Both the position numbers and the translations under genes were made by a program. This document shows, one piece after another, positions 14,339-26,551 of a DNA stretch of 64,000 bases. The number at the start of each line of letters is the position of its first letter. The stretch's first letter is position 1. The stretch covers positions 5,208,001-5,272,000 of the forward strand of contig NC_043009.1 in NCBI RefSeq assembly GCF_006345805.1, given 5' to 3'. This DNA is from Octopus sinensis. Lineage: Eukaryota. A model generated the notes under the pieces. That model saw only the letters and a program-made list of their open reading frames with translations. It did not search any database and had not been told where the DNA came from.

Positions 14339-16319
14339 TATAGTGTGTGTATATATATATATACACACACGTCATGTTTTTGAAATTTGTCGAACGTTCA
14401 CGCGTTCATCTCCATGGTATCCTTTATTAAATTACATATTATTTAACCCATTTGAATACTGTGTATGAAGTTATATTGTTGGTGTAATATTAAGTGCGAT
14501 GTGTAAAGTTTCATGATAAATGCCTCTCTTCCATTATTCCTTATTATTATATCATAACATTGTTAAAATTTTCTGTAATTCTAATCAAAATTATTGTATT
14601 TCTTTAATTGTATTCAATGTATTCCATGTAATCTATACACATCTTGTAATATTTAAAATTAATTTGAATTATTAAAGATAACTTAAAGTTCTATTATATC
14701 TCCATTTATTTTTATCTTCATATTTAATTATTCTTAGTCGTTTCTTGTCTTAAATTCTAGTGTTTATGTAATAGTGTTTCTTTATGTGTTTTTATTAATT
14801 TAATGAAATCAAAATGTTCTGTAATGATTCTAGAATACACCCCACCACCAAAAAAAGAGAAAAGAATTTATAAGAAAATTTGCCTTGAAAATTAAGAACA
14901 TTGTCTTTGAGACGAATTATCTCAGTTTTAGAATAGATTGTCATTGAAGGAAAATGATATTTGCATTCTTCATAATACTAATATGATTTTCGAATTCTAT
15001 TCTAATTAATTACAAATATTACTCATTAATTGTATAATTGTTTAATCAACTCTCATTTGCATTAGCATCATTTCGAAAATAATTAAATACATTTCGTGTC
15101 GTGAATGCCAAATTACCGTTTCAGATATCTCAGAAGGAATCCAGATTAAATAAGTATTTGGTTGATAGTTGCCAGCTAAACAAGATTATATAGCGAGCTG
15201 TAAATGAAAGCAATTATTACATAGATAGTCTGCAGGTGTTTTGTACGTACCCTGGGCACCATATTTATTTTCGGGGATACATAATTTTATGCATTTGTTA
15301 AAACCAATACCAAGTCGTAAATTATTTTCTGCAAAAGTTAATTTTTATAAATTAGAATCCTATCCCAATTGGCTTGTTTCGTACAACCCGTTACAGTACA
15401 AAACAATTGTACTTAACAGAGAAATAGATAAAATGCTGGAAGTAATGAGCCGTTTAAAAGAAACACGATTTTTAAAAAGATTTTTCATTTGAAAGTAAGA
15501 AATATCACCCTACATTTGTTAGGGAAAATAATATATTTAACTACATTTTTATTGCAAATAAAAGATTTTGACTACCAATATGGTGGAATTATGGAATTAA
15601 CTCTACGTTGGAATAATCCTTAAGCAGATTGGTATGCCACTCTGATGTGTTCTGAGATTTCCTCTGAAATTTCCATGCAATTTTCGGGTTGAAGTATTTC
15701 TCTAAGGCATGGAGTTTATATAGTTTGTGTACGAAATGCTGAAGAAATGCCTTACACTATAAGAACATACTGAGGATAATTACGAGCGATGATTACTATA
15801 AGCCGAATGGCAATTATTCTAAGCCCAAAGTGGAAGCGAAGTATTTATATATTTATTGTGGCCACGTCTGCTAGTAAAAGTTTTTAAGCAAATTGCTTGA
15901 GTTTGTATTAGATTGCAGGCTTCAGTATAATCCCTTTCACAAATCTACAACTATTTGTGATTTAAATAAATTGCACTAATGAGAAAAGCATCATTTGAGA
16001 TTTTTTACACTACAAAGAAATTGCCGAAAAAGAAGAGACAGAGGGAAAAAAGGGAAAGAGAGAGAGAAAGGGAGAGAGAGAAGCGTTAAGAAAAAGGAAA
16101 ACAAAATGATAACAGAAAATTCCTTGATAGAGGATAAATCCGACAAAAAAGGAAGAACGTGTATAGAAATATGATACAGAAAACTCGCAGTAGGCGATGT
16201 AAAAGAGATGTCGGATTATTAGTTATTTGGGAGATAAGGGAAAAGACGAAACTATATGATGGAGCGATAACGATGACGAAGAAAGGGATGATAAATAACT
16301 ATTGATTCAAATAAAAATA

Positions 16320-16577
16320 ATAATAAATGCGCCCTTTTTAAAGCCTAGCTAGGCTCATGGGCCCAGTTTCCCGGTTTCTATGGCGTATGTGTTTCCCAGC
16401 TGGAAGAGGACGCCAGTTCATCGCAGCATTATTCAGTTTTGCCAGCTGAGTGGACTGGAGCAAAGGGAAATGAAGTGTCTTGCTCAAGAACACAACGCGT
16501 CGCCCGGTCCAGGAATCGAAACCACAATCTTACGATCATGATGCTGGCACCCTAACCACTAAGCCACGCGCCTCCAC
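16320..16577 (-). mobile_element. SINE family B variant 2 (CORE-like domain)
   Basis: Reverse complement closely matches 39615-39875; GTTGTGTTCTTGAGCAAGACACTTCA resembles the CORE domain. Confidence 0.9.
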
Positions 16578-17214
16578 ACCGATTCAAATACCATAAACGA
16601 TATCATCAATATAATATAAAGGGACGTTGACATTTCCAATGGTATTTTCCAATTTAGGCGCAAGGTCACAGTGGTTTTCAATCGATGTCCACATGGTCCT
16701 CGAGGTTCCCTATAAGATTTTGTCGTTGAAATTTATCTGTAACAAATTTGTTATATTTCTACAATACACAAAATATTTTGATAATTATTTTCGTACAATC
16801 CCAAATCATATTTGATTACAAAGATATAACAGGACATTTTTTATAACATGGAATGACTAGGAGAGGATCCAACTGTGTAAAATAGGTATCAAAGTAGCCC
16901 ATAGGGAAAAGAGGGTTGCAGAAAGACTGGATTACAGTATTACTTAATTGATACGTTATTCTATGGACATTGAAAGAATGAAAGTCTATAGCGGCGACGT
17001 TTACTTCAAGGTACTCGACGCTTCAAAAATTCTAATAATTTTCAATCCCTCGTCTTATCCCGTACGTCATGTTATCAATCACGAACGGATGAAAGAAGGC
17101 GGCGGAATGGTGTGGGGTGGTATGGAGTGGGGCAAGATTTCTTCGTCATCGTTATCGCTCTATCATATATTATTCCCTTTCCCTGATCTCCCAAAACTAA
17201 ATAACTAAAAAAAT

Positions 17215-17430
17215 AAATAAATTCTAATATATATCATAAGGCCTGCGGTTTTGCAATGAAACTTAGTAGATACCATCGATATCTGTACTTTACAGGTAAT
17301 ATAACTTATCGACCGCGGAAACACCAATTGCTGTTGACCTCCGTGATGTATGAATTCAGAACGTAAAAAGTCAGGGCAAATACCAGTACGCTTTACTTCC
17401 GACGCTGCAATGATCCTGCCAGCTCAGAAA
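17215..17430 (-). mobile_element. Degenerate SINE family A
   Basis: Remnants TTATCGACC, GAATTCAGAACGTA, CCTGCCAGCTC in family A order. Confidence 0.55.
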
Positions 17431-17443
17431 TCCATCAACGCTC

Positions 17444-17444
<1 letters not shown>

Positions 17445-17495
<51 letters not shown>

Positions 17496-17524
17496 TAATA
17501 AGGATAATAATAATAATAATGATG

Positions 17525-17585
<61 letters not shown>

Positions 17586-17614
17586 TAATAAGGATAATAA
17601 TAATAATAATGATG

Positions 17615-17666
<52 letters not shown>

Positions 17667-17700
17667 CAACAACAACAACAACAGCAATAATAATAATAGA
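17445..17700. repeat. (AAT)n array with a 90-bp higher-order duplication, ending in (AAC)n
   Basis: Block AATGATAATAAGGATAATAAT...GATGAT recurs at 17491 and 17581. Confidence 0.95.
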
Positions 17701-18010
17701 AGAAAGTAAAAAAAAATATAATCCTTAAAATTTGAAATAGGAATTATTAGGAGCATGCGAACAGTAAAGGTTGTACAATAATTGGTGCGTTGTGAACAGT
17801 AAGCCAAGATTTAGACAAATGGGTGAAAGAGATTGAAATGAAATGTCCGGTAGCGCTTTTACAGAAGGTTCATCTCTTAGGAACAGCAAGTATTATCAGG
17901 AGGCTTCTAAACATTTAAAAGCCAGCTGAAAACTTGTGGATACCTAAGGTTACCAGCTATCCAAATAATTCCCACCAGGAATAAGATCGAACCTGACCCA
18001 AACTAAAATA
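17700..18010 (+). mobile_element. R4/Dong-clade (REL endonuclease) LINE 3' fragment 1
   Basis: Hand translation IIGAL*TVSQDLDKWVKEIEMKCPVALLQKVHLLGTASIIRRLLNI*, homologous to the C-terminus of the 45340 element (IIVGALG...IQKIAILGTAHILRR). Confidence 0.8.
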
Positions 18011-18084
18011 ATAGTATTTTTATTATATTAAGTATATAAGAGACTGTGAAATTTTACAATCCAATGTCACCCCTTAACGGACGC

Positions 18085-18555
18085 TCGCAGACCAGTTATT
18101 ACTGCATTTGATAAAGGGAGAAAGAAAATCAATATTATAGATGTTGCAATACCTGGGGATGCATGCATAAGTGACAAAGAACTAGAAAGATTGAAAAGAT
18201 TAGGCGAAATTGCAAGAATGTGGACTATCAGGAGAGTGTCGGTCATTCCAGTAGTTGTAGGGGCACTCGGAGAACTGACAAATAAGCTGGAAAATGTGTC
18301 AGAGAAATCGGAATTGACATGAGAGAGCAAGCTTAAAAACAGCTCTGCTGGGGACAGGCATGATTTGGAGATTGGCACTTGGATGTTGAATGTCTCCCAG
18401 GATAATTATCAACCAAGAATCAAAGCTCATAGTGTGCAGAAAGAGACCCTGTGAGACCTCTAACAGCAGGCTGCTGTCGGCCCTCAACGAATCTACCAGA
18501 GCAAACAACACCGATCGTTCTGAGAAGTAAAACAACAACAACAAGAGCAACAACA
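18085..18555 (+). mobile_element. R4/Dong-clade LINE 3' fragment 2 with (AAC)n tail
   Basis: RPVITAFDKGRKKINIIDVAIPGD...EIARMWTIRRVSVIPVVVGALG is the REL endonuclease motif region (RPD...IDV.IP.D). Confidence 0.85.
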
Positions 18556-20309
18556 CCATCAAGTACAACAATAATTATACTACCTGTATTTCCTTGTACC
18601 TCCTGTATTTCCTTTTACTCAAAGCCAGGAACTTTTCTGCACACTCTCGTACTTAGGCGCCAGTATGAATCTGCCTAATTTGGATCTGAACAAATGTGAA
18701 GTCAATGCAGATGCGATCCTTCCATGCCTGAGTTTCAATATTATGTACTTCGGTATATTATATCGCCAGAGCAGTCTTCTGAGAATCAATTTATCACAGA
18801 TTGAGCCTATAATTCTCATAAATTGCGATAGGTGGAAATTTAATTTGATCACAGTCAAGATGTCATATTACACTGAGGCAATCGCGGCCATGTTATTGAA
18901 AGCAATATACTTGAGATAGAGACAGGATTAAGTACGGTTGACCCATTCCAAAGCATTCGACCACAACAATCTATTCAGAGCCAAACATGTTACCCAACTC
19001 CTCAACGCTTAATCACTTGAATAAAGTTGTCACGAATACAACTATCCGTGCTCCTGCGGATCTTGCAAATTCCAAACCCAATTTTTCAAGAGAGGCGTCA
19101 ATAATTTTGTGATCCCACTGGAGGGAAAGTTGTTTTGAGTGGAGCTTGTTAGAAAATTATCAAAGGCATCCCATTTATTTCTCTCCTTCTACAGGGACAG
19201 GCTACTAACTGTCTCAGTGTGGCCCAACCCAAAATTACGAGTTGCTACTCGAAAAGCATTTTTTGCATTAAAATGTTTTCTTTCATGCACATTATTTCAT
19301 TCACACGGCAAGTTGTTGCAATTGTTAGAGTGCGCTGTCTCTGCCCCACTAAACCGGGGCAGAGAAAACAAAAGTTCCACTCATCTGTCAAGGATTTGTA
19401 GCATGCTTCAATGATATAACTGTTGATATGCTAACACATCCTATTTGAGCCAACGTGTTTACAGGTAACGAATTAATTCTGATAACATATTTCTTGTGAC
19501 TTTTCAAAGAGTTAGTTAGGTGCCAGTTTCCCCGCTAGCACATCGTTGGGTTTCTCTATTTCTAATTACTTTTGATAATCAACTGTCGCGCTCTGCTATA
19601 CGCCAAGAGTATTTTGCTTATCCTTTATTTTCTTAACTTAAAACGTTTCTCATCAAATGTTTATTCTACGAGATACATAAACATGTTTTTTTTTCCGAAT
19701 ACCCGCAAAAACCCTACTCAAATGAGTAAAAAAAAAATTGGGAAATGTAATTTAATTTAGCTTCATGTAGGTGAGGGCACATTTGAAGATTCCTTCATAG
19801 TGCTTCTCTATATCTTGCTTCGGAAATGCAAAAGTTATCTAAAACTCCTTCCTAGACAGATCTTCCCTCTGACGTGTTATTTAAAGTTTTTTATATATTC
19901 ATTTATGTCAATACATTTATGAAATCTATTTGGTTGTGGTTTGGGCTTGAACACCTCCTCGAATGTTTGTATATGAGTGTATGTATGTATGACTGTATGT
20001 CTGTAATCATATCCCACAGCACAGCTATTTCTTTTAACACAAGTGAAGACGAGAAGTGTTTTGTATTAGTTTGTGATATCTTCGTCGTTGATCTTATTAT
20101 GGTTGTCTTTGTTTATTTTCAAGACTGCATTTTCCTGCCATTTTATTTCAGATAGGAGTTTTGCCGCTCTTAAGTACTTTTACAGCCGATTACTGTTGAG
20201 ACCTGTAGTTCGTTTTTCCTTGGCTTTGGGTTTATTTCGGAAATCTCCTTCTTCCTCTTTCCATCCATCAATTTCCTTCTCCCCATTCTACTTCTACTTA
20301 TAATGCTAA

Positions 20310-20510
20310 AGGCATAAGGAGTCAAATTTTGGGGGCGTGGATAGTCCATTACATCGAGCCCAGTGTTCAACTGGTACTCATTTTATCGACCCCGAAATGA
20401 TGAAACGTAAAGTCGGCCTTGGCGGAATTTGAACAAAGAACGTAGCGGCAGACAAAATACCGCTAATGCTTTCACCTGGCATGCTAGCGATTCCGCCAGC
20501 TCACCGCCTT
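20310..20510 (-). mobile_element. SINE family A
   Basis: Reverse complement of the family A head and core. Confidence 0.85.
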
Positions 20511-20514
20511 AAGA

Positions 20515-20665
20515 ATAATCATAATAATATTAGTAAGAATCATCGACATCATCAGCAGCAACACAGCAGAAAATGGAGCAGAAGAAGAAGAAGAAAAGAA
20601 GAAGAAGAAGAAGAAGAAGAAGGAAAAGAAGAAGAAGAAGGAAGAGGAGGAGAAGAAGGAGGAGG

Positions 20666-20742
<77 letters not shown>

Positions 20743-21498
20743 AAGAAAAGAAGAAGAAGAAGAAGAAGGAGAAAAAGAAGAAGAAGAAGAAGAAGGAGGA
20801 GGAGGAGGAAGAAGAGGAGGAGAATAAGGAGGAGGAGACGAAGAAGAAGGAGGAAGAAGAGGAGGAGAAGAAGAAAAAGAAGAAGAAGAAGAAGAAGGAG
20901 AAAGAAGAAGAAGAAAAAGGAAGAAGAGGAGGAGAATAAGGAGGAGGAGACGAAGAAGAAGGAGGAAGAAGGGGAGGAGAAGAAGAAGGAGAAGAAGAAG
21001 AAGAAAAGAAGAAGATGAAGAAGAAGAGGAGGAAGAAGGAAAAGAAGACGAAGAAGAAGGAAGAGGAGGAGAAGAAGGAGGAGGAGAAGAAGAAGAAGAA
21101 GGAAAAAAGAAGAAGAAGAAGGAGGAAGAAGAGGAGGAGAATAAGGAGGAGGAGACGAATAAGAAAGAGGAAGAAGAGGAGGAGAAGAAGGAGGAGGAGG
21201 AGAAGGAGGAGGAGAAGAAGGAGGAGGAGAAGAAGAAGAACAAGAAAAAGAAGGAGGAGGAGAAGGAGGAGAGGAGGTGGAGGAGGTGAAGAGGAAGAGA
21301 AGACGAAAATAAGAAGGAGGAGGAGGAGGAGGAGGAAAATGATGAAGTTAATGACGGTGAAGAAAGGAACAAGCAAACAAATAATCCAGACAGAAAATAA
21401 TAAAAAAAAGGAAATAGTTTAAAAGAAAAAGTGAATACAATTGCTGCAGAGTAACCTGAGTTTTCTTGTCGCTGTTTTTACTGTCGTTGTTGTTGTTG

Positions 21499-21529
<31 letters not shown>

Positions 21530-21851
21530 TGATGATGGTATTGTTACTGACGTTGATGATGACGGAAACGATTATTAAGATAATAATTATAATGATGACG
21601 GTTGTGATGACGATCATGAAGATGATAATGATAAAGATAATGATGAGGATGATGACGATGACGATGACGATGACGATGATGAATGATGATGATGATTGAT
21701 GATGATGATGATGATGAGAGATGATGATGGTGATGATGGTATTGTTACTGACGTTGATGATGACGGAAACGATTATTAAGATAATAATTATAATGATGAC
21801 GGTTGTGATGACGATCATGAAGATGATAATGATAAAGATAATGATGAGGAT

Positions 21852-21886
<35 letters not shown>

Positions 21887-21905
21887 TGATGATGATGATG
21901 ATGAT

Positions 21906-21936
<31 letters not shown>

Positions 21937-21960
21937 CGACGACGATGGCGATGGTGGTGG
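20515..21960. repeat. 1.45-kb compound trinucleotide array (GAA/AAT/GGA, then GTT/GAT/GAC) with a ~201-bp tandem duplication
   Basis: Direct; the duplicated block starts GGTGATGATGGTATTGTTACTGACG at 21528 and 21729. Confidence 0.97.
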
Positions 21961-22489
21961 CGAAGCAGCATGCAAACGGTGTTCATTAGTGATAGCCAAG
22001 CTGATTAACTGCTCTACTTCCAGTGGTAAAATTTTTAATCACCAAAATGTAATTAGTGCCTGAGCTGCCGCTCACATCCTCAGAAATAAAGGTCTGCCTA
22101 TAATTGCAGGAGATAAAATAAACATCAAAAGTTCAAAACACTAGGAAATGGCCCCCAGAAGTATCTAATTAAATCTTTTATATGGACAATAAGTTAATAC
22201 ATCAAAGTAACAGTATCGGTTCCAATTTATGGCTAATATTGATTTATTTTGTTTGGCTATCGCTTTTGATCGGGTGGCAAAATCACATTGAAACAAAATC
22301 GTTTAAATGTTTAGTTTGTCTATTTAAGTCATCGTTAAAAACATGAACTTCGCAATATCTTTCTGATAATGTTTAATAATAGTCTTTTGGACTTCACGAC
22401 TTCGCGTCAACTGTATGGTAATCTATCATGGTAATATTTATGAAACATCCGGTTGGAGAGAATTTCCGTGGGACTCGCGCACACCCTTT

Positions 22490-22890
22490 ACTTTATTTGT
22501 TTCAGTCATCTGACTACGGCCGTTCTGGAGCACCACCTTTAGTCGAAGAAATCGGCCCCAGGACTTATTCTTTGTAGGACTAGTACTTATTCTAACTGCT
22601 AAGTTACGAGGACGTAAACACACCAGCATCGGTTGTCAAACGATGTTGGGGGGACAAACATAGATACACAAACATATACAGACACATATACACACACACA
22701 TACATACACATATATAGATACATATTTACGACGGGCTTCTTACAGTTTCCGTTCACCAAATCTACTGACAAGGTTTGGTGGGCCTGAGGCTATAGTAGAA
22801 GACACTTGCCCAAAGTGCCACGCAGTGGGACTGAACTCGGAATCCTGTAGTTCGTAAGCAAGCTATTTACCACACAGCCACTCGTACGCC
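22490..22890 (-). mobile_element. SINE family C, full length
   Basis: Same head, internal CA/TA tract and tail as 7052-7440. Confidence 0.9.
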
Positions 22891-23399
22891 CATATTTGAA
22901 CAACTAATAAAAAACTTCATTATTCTCTTTGTTGCGCACAAAATAGAAAACGAAATTAATCTAGGTCAACCGTTAAAGAAAAAAGCAAGTTTGTTCTGCA
23001 TGTTGTATATCTACAAACTGTTGCTTGTCAGCCCAATTCTTTTCTTCCATCCAGTAGAGATCCTTTCATTGGGTCGAGTAACAACACAGACACACACACG
23101 CATCATATATATTTCTAATTGCTAATAAACCACCCTTTTTATGGATGTCGTAATTACTCTCAAATTTTTCTGACACACACTCAAAGCACAAATACATGTA
23201 ACTAGCTAATTATCTTATTTTAAAAATCTGAAAGTACTTTTAAACTAGCAATATAAACTATTGCATTGTTTCTTTAGATTTTTCGTATTGGCAGACTTCT
23301 GCGGTGATTTCAAGATAAGGCGAGGCAACACGATCAAAGAACTCTTTAATCGCTAAGTCGTACGTTTTTTAATAAATTATTAAATTTGTCAAGTTTAAA

Positions 23400-23615
23400 T
23401 CTGTTTCACCTTTAAACGGAATCTGGGTAAATCTCTTCAATGAATACCAGATTAGCCACCTATACCTGGATACAACTCACCCAACAAGAACACCCTACTT
23501 GAATGGACCATAAAACTACAAAACGTAACTTAAAAAGGATTTACAAAATCCTATAAGGTGTTGTTATTAAGTTAGACAAGGCCTGGAGCAATCTTTGGTC
23601 GAAACGAATCGAAAT
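23400..23615 (+). mobile_element. 5'-truncated CR1/L2 LINE tail related to the 26.5-31.1 kb element
   Basis: FKRNLGKSLQ*IPD*PPIPGYNSPNKNTLLEW vs FKKSLDRFLQEIPDKPPTPGYVSVNNNSLLEW; shared 3' UTR GGTG.TG.TATTAAGTTAGACA.GGCCTGG...GAAAC. Confidence 0.85.
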
Positions 23616-24504
23616 TTATTATGATCTGGCATAAAATACATATAATGCTATGCAGATATGATATATATAGCATTACGACATCCTCACTCCAAAAGGGGAG
23701 CTGTTGCAAAAGTAAGATAATATATATATATATATATATACACACTTATTTATTTATTTATATATATATATACATGTTTGTATGTAAACACATACATACA
23801 TCAGAAAGTGCTGGTAGGTAATGATACTCATGCTATAATTACACACTTCCTTGTCATTTACGTAATTTATATATATATATATATATATAATTACTTAAAA
23901 AAGGAAAATACACAGAGTTTACATAGTTTTAATATATCGACCGGTTTCGCTTTTGCTACTCATGATATTAAGGTTTACTTGTTTGAATATGTATTTTCTT
24001 AAAAAGAAATTTTTGTCCATGTTGTGTGTGATGATATTTAGGAGTGAATTACTTCACAAGTAGAAAAATAAGGGGAGGTAGTAGGTTATCCTTATTATTG
24101 TTATTTTTGTGGGCAACATAGATAACTGTTCATCTTTCGGTAAGACGCGGGGTGTATATATATATATACACGCACAAAAAAAATATTGTTTCGAAAACCT
24201 TGTTTATTGAGGGAATTTATGTACAGTGATGTAATCGTGAGTTCAAATATGTAAAAAGATAAAAGTTGGTTATGCGTGCATAGTAAGACGTGTTCTGTAT
24301 TTTCAATTTAAACACGAAAACGAATGAATAGCGAAATTGAAACCGGTCGATATATTAAAAATTATATTAAAACTATATAATGTGTGTGTATTTTCCTTTC
24401 TTCGGGATAATCGAAATTCCTCCTTTTCTGTTTCTACTATATATATACATGTATATACATATATATATATGCATGTATATACATATATATACATATTCTT
24501 GTAT

Positions 24505-24630
24505 TCATTTACTTGCTTCTGTCATTTGCCTGCGGCCATGCTAGAGGACCACCTTTAGTCAAAGAAATCTACCCTAGGACTTATTTTTTGTAAACCTAGT
24601 ATTTACTCTATCGATCTTTTTTGCCGAACT
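24505..24630 (-). mobile_element. SINE family C 3' fragment
   Basis: CTGCGGCCATGCT...GGACTTATT...CCTAGTA matches the family C tail. Confidence 0.75.
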
Positions 24631-24689
24631 GTTAATTTTCAATATCTGTTGCCGAGCAATGGTGGAGTAACAGACAGTCACACAGGCAA

Positions 24690-24896
24690 ACGCACGTGAG
24701 CTGCAAGATGCAGGAAGAAAGTGTAAGAGAAAGTTGTGGCGAAAGAATCAGCAGAAGTTCGCGATTACCTTCTGCCGAGGCAGCGTGGAGCTTAGGTGTT
24801 TTGCTCATAAACAAACACATCGCCCGGTCCTAGATTCGAACCAGCGAACCCAAGACTGCGATTCCGCTGCTCTAACCACTAGGGCATATGCCTCCA
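24690..24896 (-). mobile_element. SINE family B (5' two-thirds)
   Basis: Reverse complement matches 13867/62159 head and body. Confidence 0.85.
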
Positions 24897-25471
24897 TTTT
24901 CTTATACCATCTGTCATATTTTCTGCCTGTTGTCCAAAATGTCCAACTCATGTTCGAATCTTGTCAAAGAATTTTTGAAAATATGGTTCAGTTATATGGT
25001 GTGCTCGTGTTAATTATTTTATTTTGAAAAACTGCTGATATCAGTCTAAATCCTCAGTGGCCTTATTGTGTCTCATTTGAAATATCGCACAATTCAGCAA
25101 GCGTAACGCTATTGCTCAATAATAAGAGAGCTCTCTCATGATTTTCTTTTCGGAATAATAAATCACTGGCGGTGAGGTGATCGAATCTTTAGCAAGCAAG
25201 ATAAAAGCTTGGCTTCTTTTCTACCGGCTCTCTACATTCTGAGATCAAATAAAGCTGAGGTTCATTGTGCTTCCATCTCCATGGAAAATTAAATAAAGCA
25301 CCACACAACTACTTATTCCATGTATTCCTCTACCCTTCAAAATTTCTGGTATTGAGCGCTGTAAATTTGCGTCCCATGAACATCCAACAGATCAGGGAAA
25401 AATTGAAATCTCGGTCACTTGTATGCCGAGTAAGCCAGACAACTGACCTTATAAATACTAGAACTCACAAA

Positions 25472-25502
<31 letters not shown>

Positions 25503-26057
25503 ATACATAAATAAATAAATAAATAAATCACATGCGTATTGGAGTTTTGCTTGCATATTTCGAATTGCATAAATCGGAATCTTGAAAGAGAAGAGTAACA
25601 GCGATTATGAAGAGCGTCTGTCCGATGTGAATTTCCAACTATATAACAGTTCCCTGTTGAACTTATCACTTTAATTGATCCTATATTTTCCTATGAGATA
25701 ATAAAGTATTCATAAAAACTGATGTTGATGTTGTAATTGTTTCTTTTATCACTGAGGCATTGGCATTTTTATTAGAGGTGTTAACCATCATGTTAGTCAC
25801 TCATCGTTTTGTGGTAATTTATACGGTTAAACTTTGATAATTCTATACGAAGCAGTCTTACGATATTTGTATGCTTATAATTTAAATATCATACGTTGTC
25901 CATAAACCAAAAAAAAAACAAAACAAAAAAAAACGAATGCAAAAACGCAGTAATGTATAACCCCGTGGTGACAGTTCATACCATCATATAAAACATCCTT
26001 GTGTTTTCATTTCTAGAGTCTCCCGGCATGGAAGGTGTGAGAACGAAAATGATGAGT

Positions 26058-26104
<47 letters not shown>

Positions 26105-26551
26105 AGGAAGAAAGAAGAATATTGCACGTGATTAAATGCTATAAGTTTAGGGAAAGCGGGAAATAGTGGACACTTGATATAGGCATTGACAATTTTTTTT
26201 GCCTACAATATTAATCATTATAAATATATATATATGTATATATCGATGCGTACATACATATATACATATATATTCAGACACATATGAAAATATACATGTA
26301 TACGCATATTTCTTTATTTCTTTTATGTTTCACCACAAAGGAGGTGGTCATGCTCATATATATATATATCAATAAAGAAATATATGTGTGTGTGAGTGTG
26401 CGTGTGTGAGTGTGCGTGTGTGAGTGTTTCAATATGTGTATATATGTGTGTATGTGTGTATGAAATACTTTGAAATACTTTGAAAGGTTTCGGCCATTAT
26501 TGGCCCAGGCCATGTCTAACTTAATAGCACCACCTGGTGAAGTCTTTAAAG

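Noticed and set aside
18660-19000. Possible RT remnant (SKAFD-like)
   Set aside because: Only one short motif; too decayed to assign.
20530-21986. Long poly-S/L/F/R/E/I ORFs (up to 280 aa) and a CRISPR-like reading of the 201-bp or 90-bp units
   Set aside because: By-products of stop-free trinucleotide repeats; the units are plain tandem duplications without spacers, in eukaryotic DNA.
26487-26513. Hammerhead-like GGCC-AATAAT-GGCC-GAAAC in the LINE 3' UTR
   Set aside because: No CUGANGA box or stem I/III; treated as a 3' recognition hairpin.
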